Shown one piece after another: positions 40,401-45,442 of a stretch of 64,000 nucleotides of DNA; position 1 is the stretch's first letter, and each line of letters opens with the position of its first letter. Where the stretch lies: IMG/VR virus record IMGVR_UViG_3300025098_000017, one strand, 5' to 3'. The notes under the pieces are model-generated. The model was not told the origin of the DNA and made no database searches. It worked only from the letters and a program-made list of their open reading frames with translations. The stretch is from an uncultured virus (IMG/VR IMGVR_UViG_3300025098_000017). Taxonomy: Duplodnaviria > Heunggongvirae > Uroviricota > Caudoviricetes > Kyanoviridae. Made by a program: the position numbers and the translations under genes.

Positions 40401-42227
40401 CTTATAATTCCTACCTGATTGAAGAACAGAGAACCCTGTAATCTGATTAATGCCGATCTCACATGATGCTTCTGCTTCAGGTGGACTTTGAATAAGAACT
40501 ACAGGAGGATTTGAAATATCATAACCAGAACCAAAATTAGTGACATTGATATCAGTAATTCTACCATTAAAGATAGACGCTACTGCAGTAGCACCAGTAC
40601 CAGTACCACTATCAATGATATACACAGAAGGAACATCTTCATAACCATTACCACCGTCAAGTAGTTCAATGGTTGTAAGTCTTCCATCAGCATCGATTAC
40701 ACTCTCCAGTACTTGAGCACCAGTTGGTTGAATCAGTTTGATTCTAGGTGTAGTAGTATATCCTTGTCCACGATTGTTGATGGTAATTCCAGTCAGTTTT
40801 CCATCAGTAATTACTGTAGTAAACGATGGATTGATTGGGTTACTTCCAGTTGGTGTATCAATATAAATCAATGGTGGTGTGGTATAACCTTCACCTTCAG
40901 AGATGATAGGAATCGGACCAGAAATACTACCATCAGCAATAGTTACAGGACCTATTTCTGCTCCACCAGGTTGCTTGAATGTAATTCTTGGGATAAACGT
41001 ATATCCACTACCAGAACTATCCAGTTCCAATGCGGTGACCGCACCATCAGTTACTATTGCTCGGATTGAAGAAGTGACAGAATCTGCTAAAGATGGAGAT
41101 TCAATTTGTACAATAGGTGGATTTGTTTCGCTATATCCCTTACCACCACTAAGAAGTTGTAAATTCTTGATTCCATTAATTAACGCTTCTGCCGCTCCAC
41201 CATTTCCACTATCTCCAGTAGAATTGATTGTAATTTTAGGTGGATTTGAAAATTTGTACTTGGAACCCGTTTCATTGATTTTGACAGAGGAAAGACCTCC
41301 ATTATCATCAATTCTTGCATATGCAGATGCGCCAGAACCAAAAGAAGGAATTGGTGCTTCAATAGAAAGAAGGGTTAAACTTCTACCACTAAGAGGAGCA
41401 AAGTTTCTAAAGATGAATAAATCTTTATCAAAAACAAAATCTCTCTTGGGTACAAGTAACTGATTATCGTAATATGCAAGGATATATTCATCCGAGTCGG
41501 GAATATATGCTGCTGAATTATTAGTAATTTTAAATTCTTTGACACCATCACCAAATGAAGGTGAAATATTGTCTAGAACAATAATATTATTTTCTACAAA
41601 ACCACTAAGAAAATTAATACTGGACAATTCTTCGCTATCTGCAGGAAGAACTTGTCTCGGTGCAGTAGTGAATACAATATTCCCACTGTCTACAGTAAAA
41701 TCTACTCCAGGAATGAGATACTCATCATAAACCTGAACAATTAAATGATTTGCACTTGGAGGAACAATTGGTCTGTCTTGAGAAGTTAATGGAAAACTTC
41801 TAGTTACACCATCAAAATTTCTAAGTGGACTTTGCAGTTCTACCCATTTTAATTTAACCTGGTCATAAGAAATACCAGGACCTAATGAAATATTTGGTGA
41901 AGATTGACTTTTTTCATAAAAGATAACTTCGTCACCAATTAGAATGCTTCCATTCTCTTCTAAAAACAGTTCAACACTTTCAACAGAAATTACATTGTCT
42001 GTTGCAGAAACAACTTGAGAAAGTTTAGTTTTCCCATCTAAAATATCAACATCTAATTTATCAATATCTAAGTAATTTAGAAAATTGTTAAGAATGTTTT
42101 GTCCTAATCCCGTTTTCTCCTGGGATTTGTAGTAATACTCAATAAATTTCGAGAACAATTCATATTCAGACCCAATAAACCCAGGGAGTTGATTAGGAAT
42201 TGCTTGAGAGACCTTATTAATACTCAT
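22413..42227 (-). CDS. gp7: Giant baseplate wedge initiator, gp7-like (6604 aa), multidomain
   Basis: Follows gp6. N-terminus QLPGFIGSEYELFSKFIEYYYKSQE; IKRFYETKGTEFSIAYLFKLLYGE; KIQDSYYYQDFSYAVKS...HPASFKVFGE. Contains YHYH-like, beta-propeller-like, two LamG-like, Asp-box and helical repeat segments. Confidence 0.8.
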   Translation of the reverse strand: MSINKVSQAIPNQLPGFIGSEYELFSKFIEYYYKSQEKTGLGQNILNNFLNYLDIDKLDVDILDGKTKLSQVVSATDNVISVESVELFLEENGSILIGDEVIFYEKSQSSPNISLGPGISYDQVKLKWVELQSPLRNFDGVTRSFPLTSQDRPIVPPSANHLIVQVYDEYLIPGVDFTVDSGNIVFTTAPRQVLPADSEELSSINFLSGFVENNIIVLDNISPSFGDGVKEFKITNNSAAYIPDSDEYILAYYDNQLLVPKRDFVFDKDLFIFRNFAPLSGRSLTLLSIEAPIPSFGSGASAYARIDDNGGLSSVKINETGSKYKFSNPPKITINSTGDSGNGGAAEALINGIKNLQLLSGGKGYSETNPPIVQIESPSLADSVTSSIRAIVTDGAVTALELDSSGSGYTFIPRITFKQPGGAEIGPVTIADGSISGPIPIISEGEGYTTPPLIYIDTPTGSNPINPSFTTVITDGKLTGITINNRGQGYTTTPRIKLIQPTGAQVLESVIDADGRLTTIELLDGGNGYEDVPSVYIIDSGTGTGATAVASIFNGRITDINVTNFGSGYDISNPPVVLIQSPPEAEASCEIGINQITGFSVLQSGRNYKKAQFIGCARASSGITSYDAEGNAVFSANTAASEASVDTEVKCLDALFIKRLLDKYVEQYLPDVPELDYKSIDVRTSIKTIKRFYETKGTEFSIAYLFKLLYGETVAVSYPKDQIIKPSAATWSINTILRATLVSGDPRNIQDALISQSADIADVNVKDASALVENYIAINTSNTTIYELVLSEETIQGSFIVPYKTKLAEPLDGETGIITVDSTIGWPERNGEFVIGTTEVVRYKEKSLNQFIECTRNFTGSVGADPKVWDSATEVTSNFRVYLNEGTLQEVVMDIVGIVDAQRTNLTDSGSYYLPGDKLTVAKLGGSSDESLLTTWLYNVKKLISVSGITFGGDNNQSATVTCSNPHGVLVGDQVTIYGANPIIYNGTFEVTSRDSDLIFQYRLPQTALVAPQGNILVSVDLNKGKSTDAAINKNISVYTTNVLNSFFNDNYVYVASTGIPNYNIGPFPGSALLPGNQRKLNRFPKSTTTISTKSLINPGPIGSWVNGVSVWSYKSVFSKTYGPLTSIGILNSGRNYDAASPPNLSITGGGGSGASASVVVNGSISNISVDTAGSGYTSSPLISIVGGGGSGAAATAIITKGTVSNILITNGGSGYTSQPSITIVGGEGSGATGTASVRGPIKEVNIQSQGSSYTSQPTVTLSSGSGAVAQAIINNGRIISVAIISAGSGYTTAPEVQIQGVGFGAQARAVIDTAGENAGRVTSIELLNRGINYVQGTTVITLVSVGEAAQFDANVFQWTYNLQESTTFDDSQGAVFEGYNNQYGGEYAHLSNPQRLRFILGDNLVSTNGVITEASLESNKDHSPIIGWAFDGTPIYGPYGYQDPTDQSSNIVRISTSYRLKSDLVVSPSNPTPIRTEGSLLSVDPAGTFVEDYEYVFSLGDLDQYNGRFCKTPEFPDGTYCYFVTIDSTEAGNPAYPYIIGPSFNSIVDNLNLSESAIQQNIPTGVVRYRDPYENVDIDVERTPNASTNSLTLEDGTLLLFDVEDENRDGIINQDETDDPDQILEEPPLQIYDYFPKVKTDSKVDIEVETISKFENASVTGFVIENSGVSYQVDDKLIFDNSETGGSGASARVSTIKGESIASYDFEYKNSENYGVLQTSEPHNLVVGDTIFVDYTENIETTNKQFVVRQLKGIETINVTQSGSGYSEDIPPTIIIDGDGVSGQLEAVVDSVGSVNRVNILNSGNGYTTNPRVILSHPQVFKKSDYYISSIVNEDEVIINDTFVTESKESYICGKTTDSSGDTIAIISKLSVSGVSEWNKTLKLSSGLAYTEFQSIYVENKSIWVVGVNKPNTSILDAYNPDIIICKYTESNDGLSATLEWQRAYAGISGGTRSDNVTKILRYGTDSLIISGYTNTNSTNPYDGFIAVVDSAGTFSVKRKLTSNTQNEKVLDIILGSDGQPYFLMETSTSVSEADKDIVFGKALVGVSNIDISWIRKVSNNVYSLLNPSIAIDEFDELYISATLQLRSNDINRENFWIGKFRSSDGVGIWSYSYAVPGRDINLVPRTKIDIFGNLNLVYTRVDNTTEQQTVANVKVDYKGKVLNHTVNKFTENNVEGIVAETLNVDNSGDVYIAGQTYWNRNEGLFGFDTDLSDTTGHHTMTTLGLNGSIAVDGTGGYLKIYGFQTGQSSTWENSAAKIPGSSLGNNIGGDFTIDFLIYKDDDNGNANTLSADYNTLIAIGDGEDTTGGIWLYYNTDGSANEGRLELVVTDNTTKFSSGTAAVSSQTGLFANDTWQLISLTKTENLFKVYVNGIEVISGTVANTQLGSKDIHFGNAPGFTTSGAFSADKQGQFFLDDIRIRNRYVLPTAPTDFGNPLVLPVADAVALAYTWTDTDWFTEQQDRYDLISHNGFVLKTDKNADAARLGATAAGATTQYGWTRTAVSPVTGNEITMVNVGYSLGDPGLQSLDYSESATSMTENTTTVTYFRDVWSSRTATVPSPGSQKLKVEASVADRYYFKTCNTVKIDNIQELTINQPFNFTVGSKLELRTGSTFVNSGYITSVDTTTNKVYLAVNNNSWSDDTNIGNLATVQFNEQSTYGLVGPIPSDNNSISYTFPQVVNTTPGTFDIDLSDYDAPSTIGGTDNLDEFAKFKDYADDDYSIRIDEVSGSSAFVVGSVINVSSNDVSYNSAYSTIQITNLTGVTKITLVANLAKILQVTAVANSDTVYVISDSLHYLTAGQQMFVDGNPTRTVSLANYDEYDGSFPVERVISPIEFTYKLPAAAVSSPSDSAATVNFFIKSPVLKMYYGHQYLFDLSHSSLVGGNLSFSKDPLYKLEYSFNSIERVGTPGVTGGGAPTPTVKLKVEENVITNISYYFDPSRTGADSPVIGDSYLDVTFSPYVGTFEVTDTSGGTITSGDNIFEFKLINQPEGAANIINTTYTTSSKKAVGSIGDIRIVNSGGFYNKLPIISTIQSTRNIERVSINAPGTEYAVGTYSSVPITGDGEGGLVEIVVSDGTDDEGGVIPGQIQRVSVTSPGKGYTTATIDIESISGILGAGLTGSGAELEVVIPSFGTGASIFTLGTEIGKIKNLKNNNFGFDYPHDYTLRPEISFPINAQLTNTSILDNIAVTDPGSGYTQAPTVVITGGGGSGAIAEATIKNGRLSTIDVKDPGSGYSSEPTVQLKSSFNYTINQDLGLLQFAFPHGIQNGSEITLDVVDIGDGAELPIASGAVGRLTKTNTYYAIAGAGNSLEDDQLKIAITAANAELGDALAFVNPGTGRQQVLTFSFGGAAVGNVITSTFLEGELVYQGDALETATATGYVSTNSGWQVGPRILKIVDYTGSFNLGNSVTGVISKSSGNISDLKIARGVLEVGPITKTTGQFIDDVGKPSEIVQKIQDSYYYQDFSYAVKSSVSISEWKDILIRNVHPASFKVFGELSINEFTTIPNKVTDFELTKSVELANEAIVPNIQNFTLVEPIYEDFNNSEILFRQKRLTSSENILTSIVQRVDDISTLFDGVRTAFPLTVNNGDSVIANANQLMVILNGVVQTPDTSFQIQSDSIVFAEAPQPPASVKYVNVEISQITTVRLEFTSISGIFPLVGNSINGVSSGSRLTVTSVVGNTIFGFFTEGTQFLASELVLGNVTGFSALFATGTTVVNNGLFIFGESIKNLTGDTATVEDVNLEKGAETPVAKLRYTVGISTTDFEVIATDSDLNNPAAVASTAFTIGDNYQIGSEIVLVNSVTNNSESTTINVTRAQLGTTSLQHQENSPFYGTDITITDDLILSKTTGTYQSTPGLFDIQLNDVIVASQSGVVARITSTAPYTDPTTLEVVEQVEISEGSTFFGLLFDRIASITYPNVVIDDISRSQVSVVEVGDNVTEFNSKFPENENVNHYIIPYDTSSGAFTEGEFIRNYKLEFGNESGNFTDNEDLSVRKLTLTNEFGNGFFTLGQTIRTRDTKAEVLGFNQAQKVVYLGKLANSLTIGTDAHTVNFNAGAQINTYNKKYGSGSLSLSKGTDVHTFVSGTADSISDGSLTYTAATGTTYDPFTGVLLLEIGAHALTTSDTVTIVDNTLIFTCGSDNNTNNYTYPRATDPASGSARAISAVTATTITVNVGAVPIDEYLDIATSSNFGFGTGEFTLECYIKTTTIATGAKVICDFRSVVSDSAAQLVLNGNTIQYNRTNGGITINGATTLLVDTWYHVAVSRTAGVVRLYLDGVQQGTDTADVTNYGTTRPVHIGSDYAGSDNFAGYIDEFRVSNIGRYSAAFTPRNGMFQGDTNTKLLLHFDETQGATSVQDWSGTEDFTKGEFFNNDAIKANTDANGSAVVAGFTGNSHRYLDAATLLEKNKNFIAKETVYLLTQQYPSLAIPGGNVNCEDDIEDIVQSIVEDLRNGSNSHIWDAAELYVDRTDLNAITLNHVETEIDETVWAYNKVGDIIPYIVNNVLWSVSGSHGVSQFTDTTLTDSDNTVYTQFTPTGATYDSATGDMVLTIGSHSLTTSDQISIAAASLTFTCSSDNNETQHSYPRIDDPFYNKVLAITAVAATTITVNVGISPEGQRYTHVFVSASSNAISKLNYSTGDCADVKTTADNLLDIVIDTLTNADLSTPVDHLGTITRVAPVVEFIGATVDEYLEIPFDGDYVLNDSDTLYTNKIDEASQYRFRDAANLINYNRTAIVDKAAADMISRYPDLSLDMPRNTDGSGSGTERCKQDLGLILDGIAKDIENGGNKNTLTAGKFYLGNNNEIQHVRLQLFQSIYAHERLGFYSKQAITGDLTTANTTALIIGDWGITNDAGNCANVQSAIDTLTTQLNDLIAPTGADFATAADRLYFNKEYIATEATGLTDAEFTYILNGITYRAFDYPGVGTAGKVKCERDLKLILLSAISDLQTGGTNSTIEAIELYLTANLAIDHIEEQLTSTIYAIERLRGLGISAIENVLYNAGSVVSAGEYAALYTAETAYRDAISVTDIEPVKAKFGELIDIAVKILSPAGIKGRYAAQQILFNKNYYKTELALTIDNEFGTGSWVYNDYVDGIIDNLSHDFVITDVTSGNTQQSRRIAVTKQGVISELQFTSGAGYRTTPTITIPAPVSGGITATATAVLEASGLIDTITIDSAGSGFDMPPVVIMSGSNVSNDGITATLSGGTVNSLTYDGRVFDADDFIGFGSGTEVTDSGSAIGTVGGFKTGVRHIKFGAASGTREATVSDTNTENLDTIRVYVIAGTGSNGAAAPGDNEDLKFQYSTDQGGTWTNAATLIYGGSNGGAQNYTNFSEITPVTVSVPVGAKTEATRFRIIQPTYTDGFLYDHYAVTRLGLVSNSKQFEGVVTLSFENAPSDSGTTTDPTATFSTLRVVENIIITERGRGYVPATPPTVTISGGSPDSAATITNVNVVLDTARFNKGETVTSSGGGTATVLEDVESVIFIGSVTGTLFADGDSLTGSISGTVADINVSGVGSEFDYYTNVGNIQTFADARLITSPIEGEFSTTNLYTNPEAFQVNWTQTRTTFAANTAVAPDGTLTADKLRASTDDASHIASRDYALASSNTFDDGSLTFDNSSNSFDEGSLSEGESQVYTISTFVKKGEYENVRFDVRLDSGTPGVQRLFFDVDLNNGDTGSIFQPQGGLIVKNRELLTVKEIVVNTRSAMTGTYTGVTGSSTGGLGGVFDIVIDHENAPNTAVVTVTDGGSAWIVDSEILIDGVSIGGVSGQDNLRFNVATTEPAGVGVIPYGNGWFRVYSTIEFSFGFSSIRNRILMRGPNNVPTFAGNGSDGIYLWGSKLNKGQFDAYTSVGGEVFYSNSEYNAKRYTLEVLESYLESALDGTLTSPAPQSTFLAFDNATWRAGYDTDPFLRIARENIDFYRQQLDNATYYVGVTQNSGIVVPSKEYGITYVPPGISGGLGRADFFYGLYSDTNAEIKRINVNEAKIAKVYKRFRIDGDITDGPFTMGEVVQKQGDVSITGTVYQFHEDENYKYLDVEVTAGTWQISDIIEGQENTTTATLSSIEDRLHVIKLVGDFTEDIPFLGYTSGQTAQPTTFLKSEAAVLDNSGGRLTVDTETLVGTFDKTAVVYGGTTDLYIEVQSYQGLDVTIGDRIISGGYVRFGVNSAADFTVGNYVYKYVGGKDASKRAIITGVDTDNNYVYVAPIDGDFSITEQIADFGTGGGGVNYEALATISTKITVEGGASARINNISAVGINKRLFLNEIVGAWTENDYVVAADNYKSVILDLVTSNARVKRASRGFDGVQTTFNLTINNGTSYLPDPAGHMLIFVNGILQPPGAGNAYNAFSDKIQFAEPPDIGSTFTGFYVGKLRQLDNIGFEFDSLRQSFNLKRDEVFYSLTLTEGVRSSTIRPENNIIVSLNGVIQEPGVGFSIVGSRIIFSEIPRVGSTFVAFSYVGSEADVDASEVVPPIEPGDLLSIEGETENREVAVIESSNSLITFDYLGSVFGQNAEATAVLTNGFIETVSITAPGSGYTSRPIVRVDSISGFNAQIRAIVGIANVEVNSTGSNYKNPNVLVESEVPDDWTAPNLADYGEEIIDPEVLP

Positions 42228-42231
42228 CTAA

Positions 42232-44268
42232 CTACGTGAAACAGGCGGATGTGTTTAGAGAACCAGAGTTATCGATATCACCAACATCAATCGTTGTTGG
42301 GATTACATTATATACCTTAGGCGTCAAACTATTTAGTGGGATTGTAGATGGCAATTGAGTTCCAATTGGGGATACAGAAACCTCTGGATTGACGATATTG
42401 ATAATTGTTCCAGGATCAGAACCAGGGACAACTGAATTGTTTGATGGAATTACCAATACAGGGATTTGCAGTCCATCAGGCAATAGTGTAGGGTCAGCAA
42501 CTGCGCCAGACCCAGTATTATTATCAGTGATAACAATTGCATCTGATGCTGGAATACCATCACCAGCATTAATGACATTGATTGGACCAAAACAAATCTC
42601 ACCACTAGAGTAATTTACAGTTCCTGCAGATTCACTAGTATAAACTTTTCTGTTGCCAGAATTATAGTAAGTTCTTAGATTGCCATATCCATCATCTTCA
42701 AATTGCTGGTCAACTCCAGGTCTATCAGCAGTTCGGAAATTTCCCGATTGAATGACAGGTTCCTTCTTACATTCTGTATTATCATCAGCATCTTGAGATG
42801 GAGCACTATTATAAATTGGCGACCCAGTAGAAACGCAATAGGTATTAGTTTGGTTGGTGGTTGGATTGATATATTTCAGTACAGTAATCTGTAAAGATAC
42901 ATCACTAATACACTTATTAGAAAGAACGATTGCTCTTTCTAAAGACTGGGAACTAAATGTCGCATTAAAATTATTAATCTGAGTTTGAGTCGCCCACTGA
43001 TTAACAGAATCAGAAATGTCTGTTTTAATTTGTGTACTAGTTGCTCCACAACCAGTATCATATGTAATGAATATTTTGGGATTAATGTAGATATTGTCTG
43101 GATCTCTAATTACAGGTTCGATAGATGCCATTGCATACTGTCTTAACTGTTCAGAAATAGACTTTTTGGTCTGGTCATTCAATAGCGAACCAGTCCTAGT
43201 TTTAATTGCAACAAACACCTTTCCATAAATCGGTGGATTTAAAGAATCTCCACCGTATGCAACCACCGCTTGAGCATTATCATAAAGATTTTTAGTAATT
43301 ATTTCATAATCTTGTGCTGTAACTGCTCTGTATTGAGCAGAATATGCTCTAGGTGCATTGAACTTAATAGATTCTACTGATTCTGGATTAGTACCTAATT
43401 GAGATTTTGCTTTTACTGTCATATCAAAAGCATTTGGTGTATATCCACTGCCATTAGAATCTACTACAGAACCAATAAAAGCAAACGATTGCACATTATT
43501 TGCTTCAACACCAGAGGTAGTGATATACGTCAGTTGTACGACCTCTCCATCCTTCACAGAGCGTCCTACAACATCATCACCGAACTTGACTTCATATCGC
43601 ATATCATCGCCCTCAGAGAGGAAATACGCCCTAGTGTCGGAAGTTAAGTTAGTGATATTCTCAACTTTAGAATACAAGTCAGAAGTAACAGATGTTTCGT
43701 TTGCTTTTACTTTTACAGAAAGTGTAGAAATATCTGCGTCTTGGGATTGAAGAATGTATCTTTGTTTTGCAAAAGTATTGACAATATAATTATAGTTGAT
43801 TAATGCGCCTTCATAGATTTCAATATTATCAAATGTTGCTGCACCTGTAGATGGATTTACTGCTGTTGTAATATCATCGATAATATTCCAAATATAATTA
43901 CCACCAGTACAGATAGCACCCTTTCTGATTGTAATGGTGGAAGGGTAGAATCCACCGACTAATACTGTGTTTATATCTAACTTCAAACAGGCCCTAGATG
44001 CCCTAATTGATTTTGGTGTATAATTTAAAAGTTTTGCTGCCTGGACTACATTGTCCCTTAAAGTAGCAGATGGTAAAAATGCTTCATTCATTGCCATGTT
44101 AGCAGTGAATGCCGAATAATAAGTATTGTATGCTAATGTATCAATAAGATACGAGAGTGACGAACCATCGAAATCATAGTCGGTAAATTCATCCCTAGTT
44201 CTTAGGTAAGACTTGATTGAAGACTTAATATCTTCAAAATCTAATGCTGTTAAATTATTTGGTTGCAT
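42232..44268 (-). CDS. gp6: Baseplate wedge subunit gp6
   Basis: LDFEDIKSSIKSYL...FTDYDFDGSSLSYLIDTLAYNTYY...NEAFLPSATLRDNVV and ESVESIKFNAP..YSAQYRAVTAQDY. Confidence 0.95.
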   Translation of the reverse strand: MQPNNLTALDFEDIKSSIKSYLRTRDEFTDYDFDGSSLSYLIDTLAYNTYYSAFTANMAMNEAFLPSATLRDNVVQAAKLLNYTPKSIRASRACLKLDINTVLVGGFYPSTITIRKGAICTGGNYIWNIIDDITTAVNPSTGAATFDNIEIYEGALINYNYIVNTFAKQRYILQSQDADISTLSVKVKANETSVTSDLYSKVENITNLTSDTRAYFLSEGDDMRYEVKFGDDVVGRSVKDGEVVQLTYITTSGVEANNVQSFAFIGSVVDSNGSGYTPNAFDMTVKAKSQLGTNPESVESIKFNAPRAYSAQYRAVTAQDYEIITKNLYDNAQAVVAYGGDSLNPPIYGKVFVAIKTRTGSLLNDQTKKSISEQLRQYAMASIEPVIRDPDNIYINPKIFITYDTGCGATSTQIKTDISDSVNQWATQTQINNFNATFSSQSLERAIVLSNKCISDVSLQITVLKYINPTTNQTNTYCVSTGSPIYNSAPSQDADDNTECKKEPVIQSGNFRTADRPGVDQQFEDDGYGNLRTYYNSGNRKVYTSESAGTVNYSSGEICFGPINVINAGDGIPASDAIVITDNNTGSGAVADPTLLPDGLQIPVLVIPSNNSVVPGSDPGTIINIVNPEVSVSPIGTQLPSTIPLNSLTPKVYNVIPTTIDVGDIDNSGSLNTSACFT

Positions 44269-44687
44269 TATTCGGGTCTCTGTAAAACAAATGAAATCGA
44301 TTCGTTGATCGGTATACCAATTATCTTATATACTATAGTAATAGAGATTTTGTTATTCTCATAGATGGGAATAACATCAACTTTATTGAGACGCACTCTT
44401 TTTTCAAATTGCTTTATAGTAATCTCAATTTCTTCTCTAATTGCATCTATAGTAAATGCATCTAGGGGTTCAAATAATAATTCAGAAACCCTAGATCCAA
44501 TCAGAGGTTGAAAAGGTTTTTCACCAGGAACAGTCATTACTAAATTTTTGACTGACTGTTTAATCGCGTTTTCATTAGTAAGAACACTCACGTCATCAGT
44601 AAATAAATTTCTAGCAAAAGAAATACCAAAGTCTTTAAAAGATCTTGAGTAGCTTACTTCCTTTGACGTGATTTTCTTGAGGGTCAT
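44268..44687 (-). CDS. gp25: Baseplate wedge subunit gp25
   Basis: NENAIKQSVKNLVMTVPGEKPFQPLIGS...LLFEPLD...FEKRV; directly upstream of gp6. Confidence 0.93.
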   Translation of the reverse strand: MTLKKITSKEVSYSRSFKDFGISFARNLFTDDVSVLTNENAIKQSVKNLVMTVPGEKPFQPLIGSRVSELLFEPLDAFTIDAIREEIEITIKQFEKRVRLNKVDVIPIYENNKISITIVYKIIGIPINESISFVLQRPE

Positions 44688-44704
44688 TCTAATATACCGC
44701 CGTA

Positions 44705-44716
44705 TATTTATTTAGG
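44705..44716 (-). promoter_or_regulatory. Late promoter-like motif (CCTAAATAAATA)
   Basis: Overlapping TAAATA cores about 20 nt upstream of gp25. Confidence 0.6.
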
Positions 44717-44723
44717 CGTTAAC

Positions 44724-44873
44724 TTAACCTTTGCCTTGACCCCTATAACGTTTGCGAGCATTGTTTCTACTGGACGATGCATACTTAGTATGAGCACCAT
44801 TTCCTTGACGAGTCTTTTTTGGTTGTGACTCGATACAATTTTGACCGCTAAGTGATTTGGAACGTGTTGCCAT
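44724..44873 (-). CDS. Small basic protein (49 aa), not in ORF track
   Basis: Hand translation MATRSKSLSGQNCIESQPKKTRQGNGAHTKYASSSRNNARKRYRGQGKG; ATG overlaps the PAAR stop (TAATG). Confidence 0.75.
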   Translation of the reverse strand: MATRSKSLSGQNCIESQPKKTRQGNGAHTKYASSSRNNARKRYRGQGKG

Positions 44874-45439
44874 TAGGTTACTGCGCCTCCTGACGCTTCA
44901 ATGAATACATTTGGACTACTGCCTGTTATGACAGAATTGCATGGAAATGCCGTAGTTTTATCTCCTAAAGGATCTCCGAATCTTGTAACTCTTTTGTTGT
45001 TAACAAAAACAGTAGTTACAGTAGAAAATGCTTTACGAGAATGACCAATAGGTAGTTCTCGACCCCCAGCAGTACCTTGAGTACACCAGAATGCTGGACT
45101 ATTCAAGGTTACGAAACATTTATCCCCAGTCGAAGTAGTAGTGTGCTGTGTGGGCGTTGGGTGGGGTGTTAGAATATCCTGGTCGAGTATGGGAATCATA
45201 CCATTAACAATTACTGGTGCAATATTTGTTGGTGGTTTAACAAGTGGAAGTTGTGCCACTGGTGGCCAAAGAGTGACTGCATCCATTGCAGTCACAGGCA
45301 TTGCTTTGATACGAGGGTCTAGGGGGATATGAGGACATCCACCTAAAGTTCCACCACCCAATCCTGGATGATGAGAAGAACCAGAACCTAAACCATGCCC
45401 TGAACATGTCCCCATATAGAGACCCATTCCCATTGTCAT
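44873..45439 (-). CDS. PAAR-like spike-tip protein (T4 gp5.4-like), extended
   Basis: CSGHG near the N-terminus, VIVNGMIP..DQD.LTPH, and TVFVNNKRVTRFGDPL...CNSVITGSSPNVF. Confidence 0.75.
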   Translation of the reverse strand: MTMGMGLYMGTCSGHGLGSGSSHHPGLGGGTLGGCPHIPLDPRIKAMPVTAMDAVTLWPPVAQLPLVKPPTNIAPVIVNGMIPILDQDILTPHPTPTQHTTTSTGDKCFVTLNSPAFWCTQGTAGGRELPIGHSRKAFSTVTTVFVNNKRVTRFGDPLGDKTTAFPCNSVITGSSPNVFIEASGGAVT

Positions 45440-45442
45440 TTT